The notes under the pieces: model-generated
The model's input: only the letters and a program-made list of their open reading frames with translations
Database searches by the model: none
Told to the model about the DNA's origin: nothing
Position numbers and translations under genes: made by a program
Part shown: in pieces, positions 1 through 12,329 of the stretch
How the letters are laid out: every line of letters starts with the position of its first letter
Numbering within the stretch: the stretch's first letter is position 1
Source of the DNA: Octopus bimaculoides
Lineage: Eukaryota
Length of the DNA stretch: 34,247 bases
Direction of reading: 5' to 3'
NCBI RefSeq assembly: GCF_001194135.2
Contig: NC_068981.1
Coordinates: 71,010,001-71,044,247, forward strand

Positions 1-197
1 TTGTATCAAGTCTTTTGTAATAATTTTTCGTTTATACTTCTTGCACTGAGGAGAACAGTGATATATAATTAACTTAATTTAATTGATTATTTCTATCAAC
101 CATGAATTTGCATGATTTTAATATCGCTGTTTGAAACGATCGTTTTATGGGAAACGAGAGTTTTATGGGATACCTTTCCATAAATTCACATAACACT

Positions 198-200
198 ATA

Positions 201-231
<31 letters not shown>

Positions 232-245
232 AGATATAGATATAT
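198..245. repeat. Compound microsatellite (TA)n-(GATATA)n, forming the 3' tail of the adjacent RTE LINE
   Basis: Read directly; abuts the 3' end of the minus-strand RTE fragment. Confidence 0.9.
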
Positions 246-905
246 CAACTCGTCCTTCGAATCTGAGGATTGAGTTCTCCTCCTAGATGAATAGTTGAAC
301 CATTAAATGCCGGTAGAGAATGTGGCCAATCAAACCAATCATTGCATAAAACACGCGGTTGCATAGGCCATATGTAAATATCGGAGTTGTTTGTGGTTGA
401 TGCAGTCTGGCCTTCCGTTGCCATGATTTCTCCCCCATTTTTAATATTCTTTCTCATTCTAACAATATTTTATTTGTTTATGACTTGTTGCCTGTCGGGA
501 CAGCTGGTTGCAATCGCGTCAAAAGCCAAAGGGTCGAAGCTGGTCTGATCAGGGTTAACTTTAGCTGACCTTTGTAGCATCAAAGAGGGACTAATATTTG
601 TATTTTCCCTGTTACCACTTCGCGGAAGAGGATGTGACGGGGAAATTTTTCATCGTTCCTTTTGGTACATGGCCATCCCTTCGAACACGATGTTTGATGA
701 TTAGGAATTCGATGCTCTGACTGTTCGCTCTTTCCGTCACTTAGTGTTGTAAAATAGCAATTAAGTGAAAAATTGCGCAATACAAACGTAGAGTGCAGTA
801 TTTAACTTAGACCGGTCTAGAGGCCTGTTCCTCTGTAGTTTAAACGACGTACAGACGCTTGGTCAGACCAGACTAGAATCAGTGTAGCTTGTTTGCATAA
901 GCGGC
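245..905 (-). mobile_element. Degenerate RTE-clade non-LTR retrotransposon, 3' fragment (post-RT region and C-terminal Cys/His motif)
   Basis: Manual translation across frameshifts gives GLTKRLY, ERANSQSIEFLIIKHRVRRDGHV, RNDEKFPRHILFREVVTGK, CYKGQLKLTL, FDPLAFDAIATSCPDRQQVI and CNRVFYAMIGLIGH. These match recalled RTE motifs (SIEAMLIKxQLRWAGHV-RM-D-RLPK-LYGEL...C..C.R.F..RIGL.SH). Multiple stops and frameshifts; the 5' boundary is approximate. Confidence 0.8.
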
Positions 906-1059
906 AGCAAATCAGAGTTACTGTCCACTAAACCGGATTGATAAACGATTGCGTCCTGCCCTAACTCTTCGAAACGCTTAGTTTTAGAATGATGGCAGCT
1001 GATGAAGGAAATATTCTCTATGTGGCCTGTGTGTTTTATATGCTCTGNNNNNNNNNNGT

Positions 1060-1800
1060 TTCTCATTTTATGTAGTTAAAGGTCGAATTTTATAAACTGG
1101 TAGAAACCACTTATAGGAACTACAGGTATGTTTTTCCCAACGTTTGCAACGATAAACGCGTTCTTTAAACGTGTTTACAAGAGGATTCTCTGAGAACAGG
1201 ATGGAATACAGTTCATCGTTATAGAACGAACAAAAAGATTTACTTACTTTTATCATAAGGAAAGTATCTAGATAGAATATTCCGTTCCAAATCAGATTGT
1301 TTATTATGTTCCTTTCGAGACCAAATTAATTTACTAAGCCCAGTATTGTTACGTTTATTGATATGTCTAGAATAATGGTTAGATATGTTTTGAACAACTG
1401 AGATGAAGAACTACCTATATATAAAAAAGACGTCAGAACCGGAAGTAATTTTACATTGATAAATAGAGTTTCTCGTCTTAGAATTACTGCTAAGGAAACG
1501 AATGCGATTGGAATTTACATCAGAAATGCTAATATTGTTGCTATTATTGTTCAAAGATTGGTTAGTGTTAATAATATCAATGTTATTATTTTCATTAAGT
1601 GGATTTGTATTTAACAACTTATTTTATGCGAAAAGATGATTTGTGAAAGTTTTTTGTGTTTGAAAACCCTATCCTGATCCGGTGTGAATTCACACCGAAT
1701 CATGAATAGTTTATTGTAACATTAACGGCTGCCTTCTTGTAAGAAAATGTACTGAACACAGCCTCTTTATAACCAGCTCAGTAAGATATAGAACATCTTG
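1060..1800 (-). mobile_element. Degenerate Penelope-like retroelement fragment 1 (RT thumb end, Asn-rich linker, GIY-YIG endonuclease)
   Basis: Frameshifted translation: AGYKE...; NKLLNTNPLNENNNIDIINTN...; SIYQCKITSGSDVFFIY (GIY-YIG-like, VIY..YIG); HYSRHINKRNNTGLSKLIWSRKE; SKSFCSFYNDELYSILFSENPLVNTFKERVYRCKRWEKH. This matches the recalled PLE endonuclease C-terminus (T.LSK.IW.LK...C.LC..E...I...N...E....C.H). Confidence 0.8.
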
Positions 1801-2809
1801 GATGTATTTTTGCGCCAGAAACACTTCCATCTTCTGCAGCATATAATCATAAGAAATCACGATCTCAGTGATGTCTGTTTAACAAGATCTATATGTGGAA
1901 TTCAATGTGGCATTGATCATCAGATCATTGTAAGTAAAACTGCAATATAGAAACAATAAAAACTCTCTGAATAAATCTCCACCAGGAAGGCTAAAGGTAG
2001 AGAATCTTAAATCATAATTTCAGAACCCCTTTTCTAAAACCAGATCCGAAGGATTAAAGAAAATCTACTTCTATCTCGGTGAAAGAGAGCAGCTGAGCCT
2101 CTTTGATAGAGATGGTGTACACCACTGCAGCGGACATAAATTTGCCATTCAAGTAGATAGCAATAAGTTCAGTTTGATGAAAAAGCAAAGAAATCCAAGA
2201 TTGTCCTCGGGTGAAGAAAAAGCTAATTAAAGATGTTAGCGTGACTTCGACTTACAATATAAAAAGAAACTGTTGCATTCAGGCAAAAGTGTTTTCCATT
2301 AAGAAGCAAAGAGTCATGAAAAATAATTGACTTAGGGAAATGGCTCGATAAACACAAATATATGCTGAAACATGGATAATATTAGAAAACTTCACACAGT
2401 TTATAAAAAATGGAGAATGAGGTGTTGATGCACGACCCAAAGTTCCAAAGATGCAGTGGAAGTAAACTTAGAACACTATAAAGTTACCCTAAATTCATGA
2501 GAGATTACTGCCTGTGTTTGATATACTTAAGAGTAATATAGTACCTGGGTAGGCATGGCGTTCAAATTGTTACAAATTTGTTGACCAGGGGAAAAAGTAA
2601 GCTCGTAAATCATACCCTAACAATCCTGGGTTAATTGGAAACAAGTGTGCAATTATTGGTAAATACTTACGACCAGAACAGCCCTTAGCAGCAAAACCCA
2701 TAATCATGTAATTTTCTGTCCATCTATTTATGCATGCTAGGTCATCGTCAAATTTGAAGAATATGCCATTGCATACACAAACACACATGCACACATGTTC
2801 ATATACATA

Positions 2810-2928
<119 letters not shown>

Positions 2929-3164
2929 GCTGATACCACTTCATACTAAGAGAGAGAGAAAGAAAAAGAATATATGTAGGTGTGTATTTGTGCGAATATG
3001 GTGGGCACTTTTTAAGGCCACTAATATCATTCTGACATAAATTTTCTCTTATGTTCTAACCTTTCAGCAATCAGCAATCTTCTCACCATATTGTTGCTTC
3101 TGCTAGATCATCGTCTAAGTTTACAGATATGCTATCACGCACACACAAAGACGCATACAAACAT

Positions 3165-3216
3165 ATACATGCATATTTATACATACGTATAGGCATACAT
3201 AGACAGACAGACAGAT

Positions 3217-3287
<71 letters not shown>

Positions 3288-3410
3288 CAGATAGATACAT
3301 ATATATATGTATATATATATATATGCATATATATATATACAAGCACATGTATATATGTGAACTTACGTATGTATACTTACACCTGTGTATGTATATGTAT
3401 ACATATATTA
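3165..3410. repeat. Compound microsatellite (GACA)/(GATA)n/(TA)n/(TATG)n
   Basis: Read directly. Confidence 0.93.
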
Positions 3411-3419
3411 TCTTTCTTT

Positions 3420-4905
3420 GAATTTTATTAAAGTTCCTGAGAGAATTCAGGCCGCTCGTTAACTAGCAGCAAGATGTTTTTTGAATTGAGTTCCTGGTGT
3501 TTATAAATATGCGGTCGAGTTGGTGTGTTGGTCAACCACCGATGTATATATCCAAGAGTGTGCATCTATTCATATAAGAATCTCAGATGGAGAATTTTTG
3601 GAGTATCTTACGAATATTTACTGTGACTCTAACAGCATCCGCCTCAATTCCGTTTGCTCTTTCTTCTTGAAACCGAGTGTTTCTAGATTTTCGTGAAAAT
3701 TTGTTGGCACATAACCTAATGCACATACGATTGTAGTTACAAATGAGAATTTATAATCAGGGCTCAAGAGTTGTAAATTACGTTTTAATTTACCATAAGT
3801 TTTCTGTTTTTCTTGGACTTTTGATTGTACATTCACATCTGCTTGGTAGATGGCAGACTTTCGTTCCCTGTACCACAGAAAAATATCAGGTTTGTTACGT
3901 TTGCATCGAATTGATGTTTTTACTGGAGTGTTCCACCAGGATTTCGTGTTTTTAAAGGTTTGAGCACCTGCTGGTTCTGATATGTCTTTGATGTATACGT
4001 CCGGGCTTCCTTTCTGCGGATAACATTGTAAATAGCCTTTGCAACTAAATCATGGCTCAGGGGCAGGTAGTATCTCATAAACATTTTGAGGCAGCTGCTG
4101 ATTATGTGGGTGATATTTCCCACACTGGTATAGCAGAGCCGACATTTTTTTATTGCAACGTGGAGGTTTTATGGTATCTTTGTCCCTCTTATTCATCAGG
4201 TATTTAGTAGCTATCCCCTGTTCCTGGATAGCAAAGACATATCCATCTAGCTGAAATGTAATGTACCTACTGCAGGTCCAAGAAAGTCACTCTTCCTACC
4301 AATGCTGTTGTTGCCCTCTAGTTACGGGATATGTACCCATGCATTGCTTTTGACTGATATGATACCTGCTTCTCATCCAAGGTTCTGCTTAGATAGGCCA
4401 GTCCGGCCTCCATTGGGTTGCATGAGACAGTTGTATTTAGAGAGTACCTACCAGCCGTTCTACTCCAACTATGAAGATATTACTTTCACTTTTTGATTAT
4501 GCATGGAATGTACTCATTTCTTTCTTTACTGTTCAGCTGGTGTTGTCTTATACAATGCGACACTCAAAGGCTGTTTGGACTGACCTCATGCTTCTACCGC
4601 ACTCACTTATCTCACATAAATCTTATCAGTGTTGTTGTTAACGTGGAACTTGCCAGTATTAGTAAGTAACAATCTAATTTTTATGTCTTGACTGCGTATC
4701 TCGTTGAGTTTCTAGTCCAATATTGCAAATGTTGATACTAGCACTGACAATGCAAAAGCATTGTGACATATGGTTTTGTTAAGTGCAGGACATTTTGCGT
4801 TCTATATTTTCCGGAGTCTACAGAAGCACTCTAGTCACAACACCAGCGTATGCAAAATTCTCAGCGATTCCGAGGTACTTGTATCGTTCATCATTAAAGA
4901 CTGGG
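3420..4905 (-). mobile_element. 5'-truncated, degenerate non-LTR retrotransposon with restriction-like endonuclease (R4/Dong-like)
   Basis: Translation shows the RT end YKYLGIAEN, then HNAFALSVLVSTFAILD and CGRSMRSVQTAFECRIV, then FQLDGYVFAIQEQGIATKYL. The CCHC knuckle CRLCYTSVGNITHIISSC is followed by SHD (consensus RHD), WWNTPVKTSIRCKRNKPDIFLW (PD of the PD-(D/E)xK nuclease), then EKQKTYGKLKRNLQLLSPDY...IVCALGYVP. A 3' UTR with AATAAA ends near 3425. Confidence 0.9.
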
Positions 4906-5002
4906 GAAATGGGAAGATAGGAAGCCATAGAGATAGGTAACCGTAGAAATAGAAAGCTGTTGATGCACATGTTTTCTGGTAGACAATATTTCTTCGACTA
5001 AC

Positions 5003-5064
5003 ATGTTATGTATGTATATATATATATATTATTATGTGTATGTATGTTTGTATCTATCTATCTG

Positions 5065-5135
<71 letters not shown>

Positions 5136-5190
5136 TTATTTATTTATCTATCTATCTATCTATATATCTATCTATCTATCTATGTGTATG
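5003..5190. repeat. Compound microsatellite (TA)n/(TATG)/(TCTA)n
   Basis: Read directly. Confidence 0.95.
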
Positions 5191-5877
5191 TGATTTTGCG
5201 AGTGTGAGTATTTAAAGCGACCTGTTTCTCATCAAATTGGTTTTTTCTTCCTTTACCAAGAAACCGATATCATTTTCATATAAACCCCCTTTTATATATT
5301 GCACCTCTTTGACAATCAGTCTTCTGATCTTATAAACTGAAATTTTGGACATTTTGATAAGTTCTAATTAATATTAAACTGGTTGGATACATCTATTTAT
5401 TTATTTAAATCAAGCAATCTACACGCTACACACATTATCTTCACATGTCAACAAGCTATTCTTTGCAATTTTTTCACTCTTCATTGAGAGAAAATATAAT
5501 TTCAGGACGACAACCATTAATTTCCTATTCATTTCTCGTTGAACATCAGCTTTTATCAATTTAAATAGGAGCATGTAATTGATTTCCTTACAAAGCCAAT
5601 ATTAATATAACTGTCAAAAGTGCTTGTTTACTGATTTGTTTATTTTTTTATTCAATCAAATTCAAAATAAAATATCAAGTATTATTTGAGTTTTGTTTTG
5701 ATTTCTTTAAGAATAACGTCATTTATATCAACATTTACATTTGAACATAATCCAAAGATTTCTATTTTGGTTTTCAAATTCATTCCATGTCTAAATATTC
5801 AAAATGACATCGAGTGAAAATATAAAACTATTTGCTTTATCTTTTAAAGTCACTTTTGATATTGATCAATACGTAAT

Positions 5878-5878
5878 G

Positions 5879-5951
<73 letters not shown>

Positions 5952-5990
5952 GTGCGTGTGTGTGTGTATGTATGTATGTATGTATGTATA
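5878..5990. repeat. Compound microsatellite (GATA)n-(GT)n-(GTAT)n
   Basis: Read directly. Confidence 0.95.
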
Positions 5991-6316
5991 CTTCTAAGTA
6001 ATATAAGCTGAAAGTTATTCTAATCTGAGTTTAAGTCGCTGCATTTCTTAAATACCTTATTTAAATACTTTATCGAAGATTCAGCGAGCGACATGAGTTA
6101 CGTAGCGAAAATGTGTGTGTGTNNNNNNNNNNNNNNNNNNNNNNNNNNNNNNNNNNNNNNNNNNNNNNNNNNNNNNNNNNNNNNNNNNNNNNNNNNNNNN
6201 NNNNNNNNNNNNNNNNNNNNNNNNNNNNNNNNNNNNNNNNNNNNNNNNNNNNNNNNNNNNNNNNNNNNNNNNNNNNNNNNNNNNNNNNNNNNNNNNNNNN
6301 NNNNNNNNNNNNNNNN

Positions 6317-6490
6317 AGTTAGGAAGGTAGGTAGGCAGGCAGGCAGGTAGGCAGGCAAGGCAGGCAAGCAGGCAGGCAGGCAGGCAAGCAGGCAGACAGG
6401 CAGGCAGGCAAGCAGGCAGGCTGGCAGGTAGGTAGGTAGGTAGGTAGGTAGGTAGGTAGGTAGATATGTACATTTGTACGTACGTAGACA
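6317..6490. repeat. Compound tetranucleotide microsatellite (AGGT)/(AGGC)/(AAGC), right of an assembly gap
   Basis: Read directly; gives the LPAC/LPTY artefact ORFs. Confidence 0.93.
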
Positions 6491-7034
6491 TACAGGTAGA
6501 CACATTGGTTGATTGAAGTGTGAAGAAGAAAACAGACATTCATATATAAGATGATAGGTAGCTTGATGCAGAAAGAGTCGAGACTAACAATGAAAAAAAA
6601 TTATAAACAGACAGAAAAGGATGTGTCAACTCAATAAATGGAAGGTATAAGTGAAGATTTATAAACAATCAAATCTTATTGCTCCACTTATGTGTTTTGT
6701 GTCTTGTCCAGGTCTTTCAGGCCCAAAAGCCTTACAAAATGCTGAAAACCGCTATATGAGAATTTGTTTATCTTAAGAAGTGTGTGCAACTATGTCGCAG
6801 ACATCACGAATTAGTTTTTGAAAGACTTCCACATATTGAAATGAGTTACCCTGCAACTGACCAGCCTTCCGATCAGAGGGAATGTTGGCCTGCTCGCGTA
6901 GCTAGAGGTTGGGGGGGCATCATCAGAAAGGTAAAAAGCTACAAGTGCATCGTAACCAGTGATGTATAACAACATTGTGATGCATGTTTGTATGTGTAAA
7001 AAATTATGAACATGGCTGTCCAATACGTGATATA

Positions 7035-7927
7035 CAAGGTGGTATCAAAAGGTTCCAGGACTAGTTATATTTAACAAAAAAATAACTTATTTACCTAAGT
7101 TTTGACATAATCTCTTTCGGAATAGTCACCTTGCGCAGCAATACACCTGTCCCTGCGTTCCTACCACATTTAGAATCCGGTCTGGAAGTCGTTTTCCGTA
7201 AGCGAATCGAAGACCTTTTGCGATTCGTTCTGGATCTTGAGATCGGTGTTAAAACGGTGACCTAAAAGCTACATTTTCATCTTGGGGTAGAGATGGAAGT
7301 CCACGGGTGATAAATCTGGTGATTAGGGCGGGTGTGGAAGCGATACCATGTTGTTTTGGCCGAGAAACTCACAAGTGAAGAGGGCTCAGTGACAGAGTGC
7401 ATTGTCCTCATGAAGAATCTAATTCTTCGCGCTCCATAGATCCATTTGCTTTGGCCGAATATCCTCCCAAATGCTTTAAAAAGTCACAGTTGAACTCTTG
7501 ATTGACGGCCTGGCACTGGGAGCCGTATTCTCGATGCACAATACCGTATTTCTGGGATGGCGCTCGTCGAATTCCAGGGACCTTCTTCCACTTTTGAAGC
7601 ACCCGTGCCACTCGAAACATTGCGTACGATCCATTGCCTCGTCGTCATAAGCTTGCCGAACTATGTTCAATGACTCTGCAGTAAACTTCCCAATTTTGAC
7701 GCAAAACTTCACGTTGGTTTTTGTTCTTGTCCATTAAAAAATCGCAAACTACAACATACACGTGATCACAAAAGAACAAATTTCACAACTTGTGAAGTAA
7801 ACACAGCAATGTCACTCGGCACACTGCCTCATGAAGGTCACTGCTAGCTCTCATTGCGCACCTAGCTGTGTGCTGCCATCTGTTGGTGCGCTAAGAACTA
7901 GTCCGGGAACTTTTTGATATCACCTCA
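7035..7927 (-). mobile_element. Internally deleted mariner (Tc1/mariner, DD34D-type) transposon with both TIRs and TA target-site duplication
   Basis: 32-bp TIRs at 7035-7066 and 7896-7927 are 27/32 identical, with TA on both sides (7033-34, 7928-29). Transposase remnants: EQKTNVKFCVKIGK...RQAYDDEAMDRTQCFEWHGCFKSGRRSLEFDER (HTH), joined directly to GIVHREY...AVNQEF, ILHEDNA, LPHPP*SPDLSPVDFHLYPKMK and AAQGDYSE. Confidence 0.95.
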
Positions 7928-8965
7928 TATTTCAGTAGTATGATAATTTATTCATAATTTGTGTATTACATTTTTTAAATATACCAGCCATTGCCTCATG
8001 CACTCGATTGCTAATTTATTTTAATTCTACTTGCAATGCCTGGTGAAATGGCTAGTGATTTGCATGATGTAACGCACGAACACTGAATAAATTGCCATGC
8101 TTTTGAAATATATGTCGCATGTATTTTTCTGTCATTTTCTATCCATTTCTCATTATCAATTTTCTTTATCACATGGCATTATACACAGCTAATGTTAAGA
8201 CTGAGATCTTATATATATAGTTGGATGATGTTAGTATGTTCCTGATTGAATAGTCCAAATCACAAAGATCTATAGTTGATATGGATTTTTGATAATTTTG
8301 ACCATGGAAAGCACTTTACACAGTACAGTATATTTGTATAAAAGAAGCCGCAGGAGAACCGTTTTGTTATGCCCTATATACCACGAAGAAGCGTGCAGTG
8401 TGATAACATGTGTTTCCTCGCCAAAACAACGAGCACTTAGATATAATGAGAGTTTTTGCATCTGGTTTGCAAGATTCTTTTTGAGAATTCGTGTGTTGAA
8501 ACAAATTTTGTGTCTAGGGACAGTAATTATGCCAATATTATTAACACACGCACTGTGTTAGTAATATTGGTATAATGAGAGCGCTTTTAGGACAATCATA
8601 CTAAACGGAGTTGTTTGTAAAGCTTGTGCCCTACACTCGTCAAGTGGGCACGTAATGGATTTATGTTGAACACAAGTAAACTTGAGTTTTGCGGAAATCC
8701 TGCCTACAAAGCCTTTCGGGATAAGAAAAGATATTTGACAAATATATTACCATTATTAAGAGTTAATAGGACAAGTGTAGTGATTCAGTTTCCAGAGTAG
8801 AAAAGTTATATCTTCTGCTAGAGTCTGGGGATTGATTTCAGAAAAGAAATGAGAGCTGCCAGCTTTGACAATTCCCATAACGTGTCCAGTTTATGAGTGT
8901 AATACTTGAGTTTACATGATAATCATAGTCATAGGCATCGTTTCTTAATGATCGTCATTAAACTC

Positions 8966-9029
<64 letters not shown>

Positions 9030-9083
9030 TATATTCATGTGTGCATGTATATATGTGTTTATGTGTGTGTGTGTGTGTGTGTG
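8966..9083. repeat. Compound microsatellite (GT)/(TA)n/(GT)n
   Basis: Read directly. Confidence 0.95.
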
Positions 9084-9497
9084 CATCAACAGTCCCATAT
9101 CTTTTCACATCCAACAGATATATCTTCAAGTATAAAAATCATGTAGAATGCATCTATGAAGTTGCTATTATGTATACAATTAATTGTATATTTTATGTCA
9201 TCTTTCTTTCATGCATATATATCGACAGACACATATGAGTGTGTTACGCACCATGATTATTTTTATACATGCATTTGCATACCCGCTCTTGTGAGTATCC
9301 ACACTCAATGTGTACGGGCATCGTACCTGTAATTTACCACGAGATCGTGCGCTACTGTATATTTGCGTTTATGCCTATGGAAGCATGTACATTAGTAGCC
9401 AGGTTTCAACTGTTCGTTTGCGTTTAATTCACCTATATATCAAATGTTTGAGCTTTTGTTATCCTACTTCCATATGCAAGTGTATGAATGACAGAGT

Positions 9498-9499
<2 letters not shown>

Positions 9500-9564
<65 letters not shown>
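9500..9564. repeat. (GT)n microsatellite, about 32 units
   Basis: Read directly. Confidence 0.97.
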
Positions 9565-9565
<1 letters not shown>

Positions 9566-12329
9566 CTGTGGGTATGCATTTTTTAGCCAGCAGTCTCATT
9601 TCAGTTGTTTGCACGTATATGTGTGTATAGGCGTGTATGTGAATGATGCTGTTTACAAACTGCTTAACGCGGTCACCGACCTGTCCAACTCTAAAACACT
9701 CCCTGTATATTAAACTGATTATAATTCCTCCAACTTCTTTTGTTATTCTTTGTCTCGCCATTTTCAGCCTCAACCTCTCCGTTCTCTTTTCAACTACAAT
9801 TTCGCTCTCCAACAATCGCTACCGTACGCATGCACTACAACAAATTTTCTACTAACTTATCTTAATAATCCTGTGTTCCCGCACCCATTTCCAAAAACTG
9901 ACGTTGTATGAAGCATCAAAAATTCTTCTCTAACGATGTACGAACGTAAGAAATTATAGACTTTATGAAAAAATACAATTTCTGCCACCGTGGACCACGA
10001 ATGGTCTCCCTGCATTTCGTTGTTTTACCCATCTACGTATGTGTACATGTGTGTATATGTCTATATGTATGAACACACACGCATAATAGTGAAGGTCAAG
10101 CAAACATGAATATTTATGCGTCATTTAGATAAGCTCGCTATCTTCATGTACTGTCACAAAATTCTGTTATTTATTCTTTATCAAGTTATTAGGATGGTCA
10201 AAATCGCTATGCTATGACAGTCGAACAAAGAGTTGAACCTTTGCTTTCTATTTAATCATGTTCCTTTCATTTGAGTTCCACTGGTTTAGAGTTATACTTT
10301 CATTTCTCTGAGATCGGTCAACAATTTATAACTGTAATTAATATGTTACAAATTATTTATTCTCCTTCATATAACATTGGTATTATTCTCAGTTAGTCAT
10401 TATTATGTATAAGCATGAACGATACATAGCCTCCCACCGAGTGAAAGTAATTGGCTTCAATTTCATCACTAATTCTTTTGAGGAAAAAACATGGATTTCA
10501 GTCCTGTTTCTTAATTCTATAAATGTTTTGCTCTGCTTAATTAAGGGATAAATCGGAGATAATTTGTCGGGGAAATGTATAGAAAACCGCATGATATTAG
10601 ATATGTACTTTTAAAAATAACTGTTTCCTCAATTGTTTCTTTCCCATGTTCACTTGACTCAAAGACAGTCTGAGTATATGAAAACTGAGCCAAGCTCTAT
10701 CGTCTACATATATGTTCACGCATCAAACATTCGTGAGATATATTGGTGTCGTAGATAGTTACATGCAGCAGATATCACAGAACTCATATCTATAGAAATT
10801 GGTAACATTTCATAGAAAATATAAATTGATTCCATCAGTTGCCTTTGTAGCGTACCTCCCCCTATCTAGAACTCTATTATACACACTGAAGCGAAGACAT
10901 GTTACGATACAGGTAGAGAAATTTGAAAAGACAACACGAAACCGGTTATTTCTCCAAATACAATGGTTATATACCCAAAATTTATAACATTTTTCTGATA
11001 TAACAATTTAAATATATATTTTAACCATGTAACACAAGCCTTCTGTAGTTTTTTCACTCTTGTTTATCTTTTATACATATATATATTGTTGTACTTGGGG
11101 ATGGTCATATTGCCAGTTTAGCCAATAAAAACACACGCACTGTATATTTGGTGTTAATTTGCTTCAGCTTTATATTACATTAATNNNNNNNNNNNNNNNN
11201 NNNNNNNNNNNNNNNNNNNNNNNNNNNNNNNNNNNNNNNNNNNNNNNNNNNNNNNNNNNNNNNNNNNNNNNNNNNNNNNNNNNNNNNNNNNNNNNNNNNN
11301 NNNNNNNNNNNNNNNNNNNNNNNNNNNNNNNNNNNNNNNNNNNNNNNNNNNNNNNNNNNNNNNNNNNNNNNNNNNNNNNNNNNNNNNNNNNNNNNNNNNN
11401 NNNNNNNNNNNNNNNNNNNNNNNNNNNNNNNNNNNNNNNNNNNNNNNNNNNNNNNNNNNNNNNNNNNNNNNNNNNNNNNNNNNNNNNNNNNNNNNNNNNN
11501 NNNNNNNNNNNNNNNNNNNNNNNNNNNNNNNNNNNNNNNNNNNNNNNNNNNNNNNNNNNNNNNNNNNNNNNNNNNNNNNNNNNNNNNNNNNNNNNNNNNN
11601 NNNNNNNNNNNNNNNNNNNNNNNNNNNNNNNNNNNNNNNNNNNNNNNNNNNNNNNNNNNNNNNNNNNNNNNNNNNNNNNNNNNNNNNNNNNNNNNNNNNN
11701 NNNNNNNNNNNNNNNNNNNNNNNNNNNNNNNNNNNNNNNNNNNNNNNNNNNNNNNNNNNNNNNNNNNNNNNNNNNNNNNNNNNNNNNNNNNNNNNNNNNN
11801 NNNNNNNNNNNNNNNNNNNNNNNNNNNNNNNNNNNNNNNGAATCACGGCCCGGCATCGATGCCACAACATCACAACTAGTGATCAGCACTGCCACACACA
11901 GCCTCAACTCACTTCTTTCACATACAGACTCATACTAATGTGTACTAAAGAACTGGTATAAATGCTCACGTGTTATTGACTCTCTTTCTATCTGCTGTAA
12001 TAATACAGATACACATACATGTATCACTCACATACACACTTTTCTTTGTATGACGGCCTGTCTTTGATTATGTTATTATATGTCGCATTCACACTCTCAC
12101 ACAGACATACATCTTTAACGCCACAATAAATATCTCTGTTATTCATCTTATACGGTTGTGGTCTTTCATTACTGCTCATCTATGTTATCGTAGTATAACA
12201 TATTATTTGTATATCATCTCTGATATATATTATTTGTGTGTTCGACCGTGTGACACGTTTAAATAAAAGGAGTCCTCTGTTTTTCCATTCGTCACCATTT
12301 CTCCTTTTTGAGTTCGCACGGTCGTCCTT

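Noticed and set aside
580-780. 'CSKGWP' read as a Gypsy pol linker
   Set aside because: Neighbouring frames fit RTE LINE motifs continuously, so the Gypsy resemblance is coincidental.
970-1015. Plus-strand CTTC-GAAAC...CTGATGAAGG as a permuted hammerhead ribozyme
   Set aside because: The core words are present, but stems I and II do not pair convincingly. It is antisense to the neighbouring PLE ORF and borders a gap.
905-1060. PLE/RTE chimera or nesting
   Set aside because: The two fragments are joined across a 10-N gap, so their adjacency is not reliable.
6801-6930. 130-nt open exon candidate (HHELVFERLPH...GGIIRK|GTAAAA)
   Set aside because: The acceptor is weak and the peptide is unrecognised. 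The sequence resembles, from memory only, a dispersed cephalopod repeat.
9640-9860. Minus-strand ORF ESEIVVEKRTERLRLKMARQRITKEV as an RTE relic or exon
   Set aside because: Similarity is too vague, with no diagnostic motif or splice pair.
11085-11184. TG-starting segment with AATAAA as an LTR
   Set aside because: It is cut by the gap, with no second LTR, TSD or internal domain visible.
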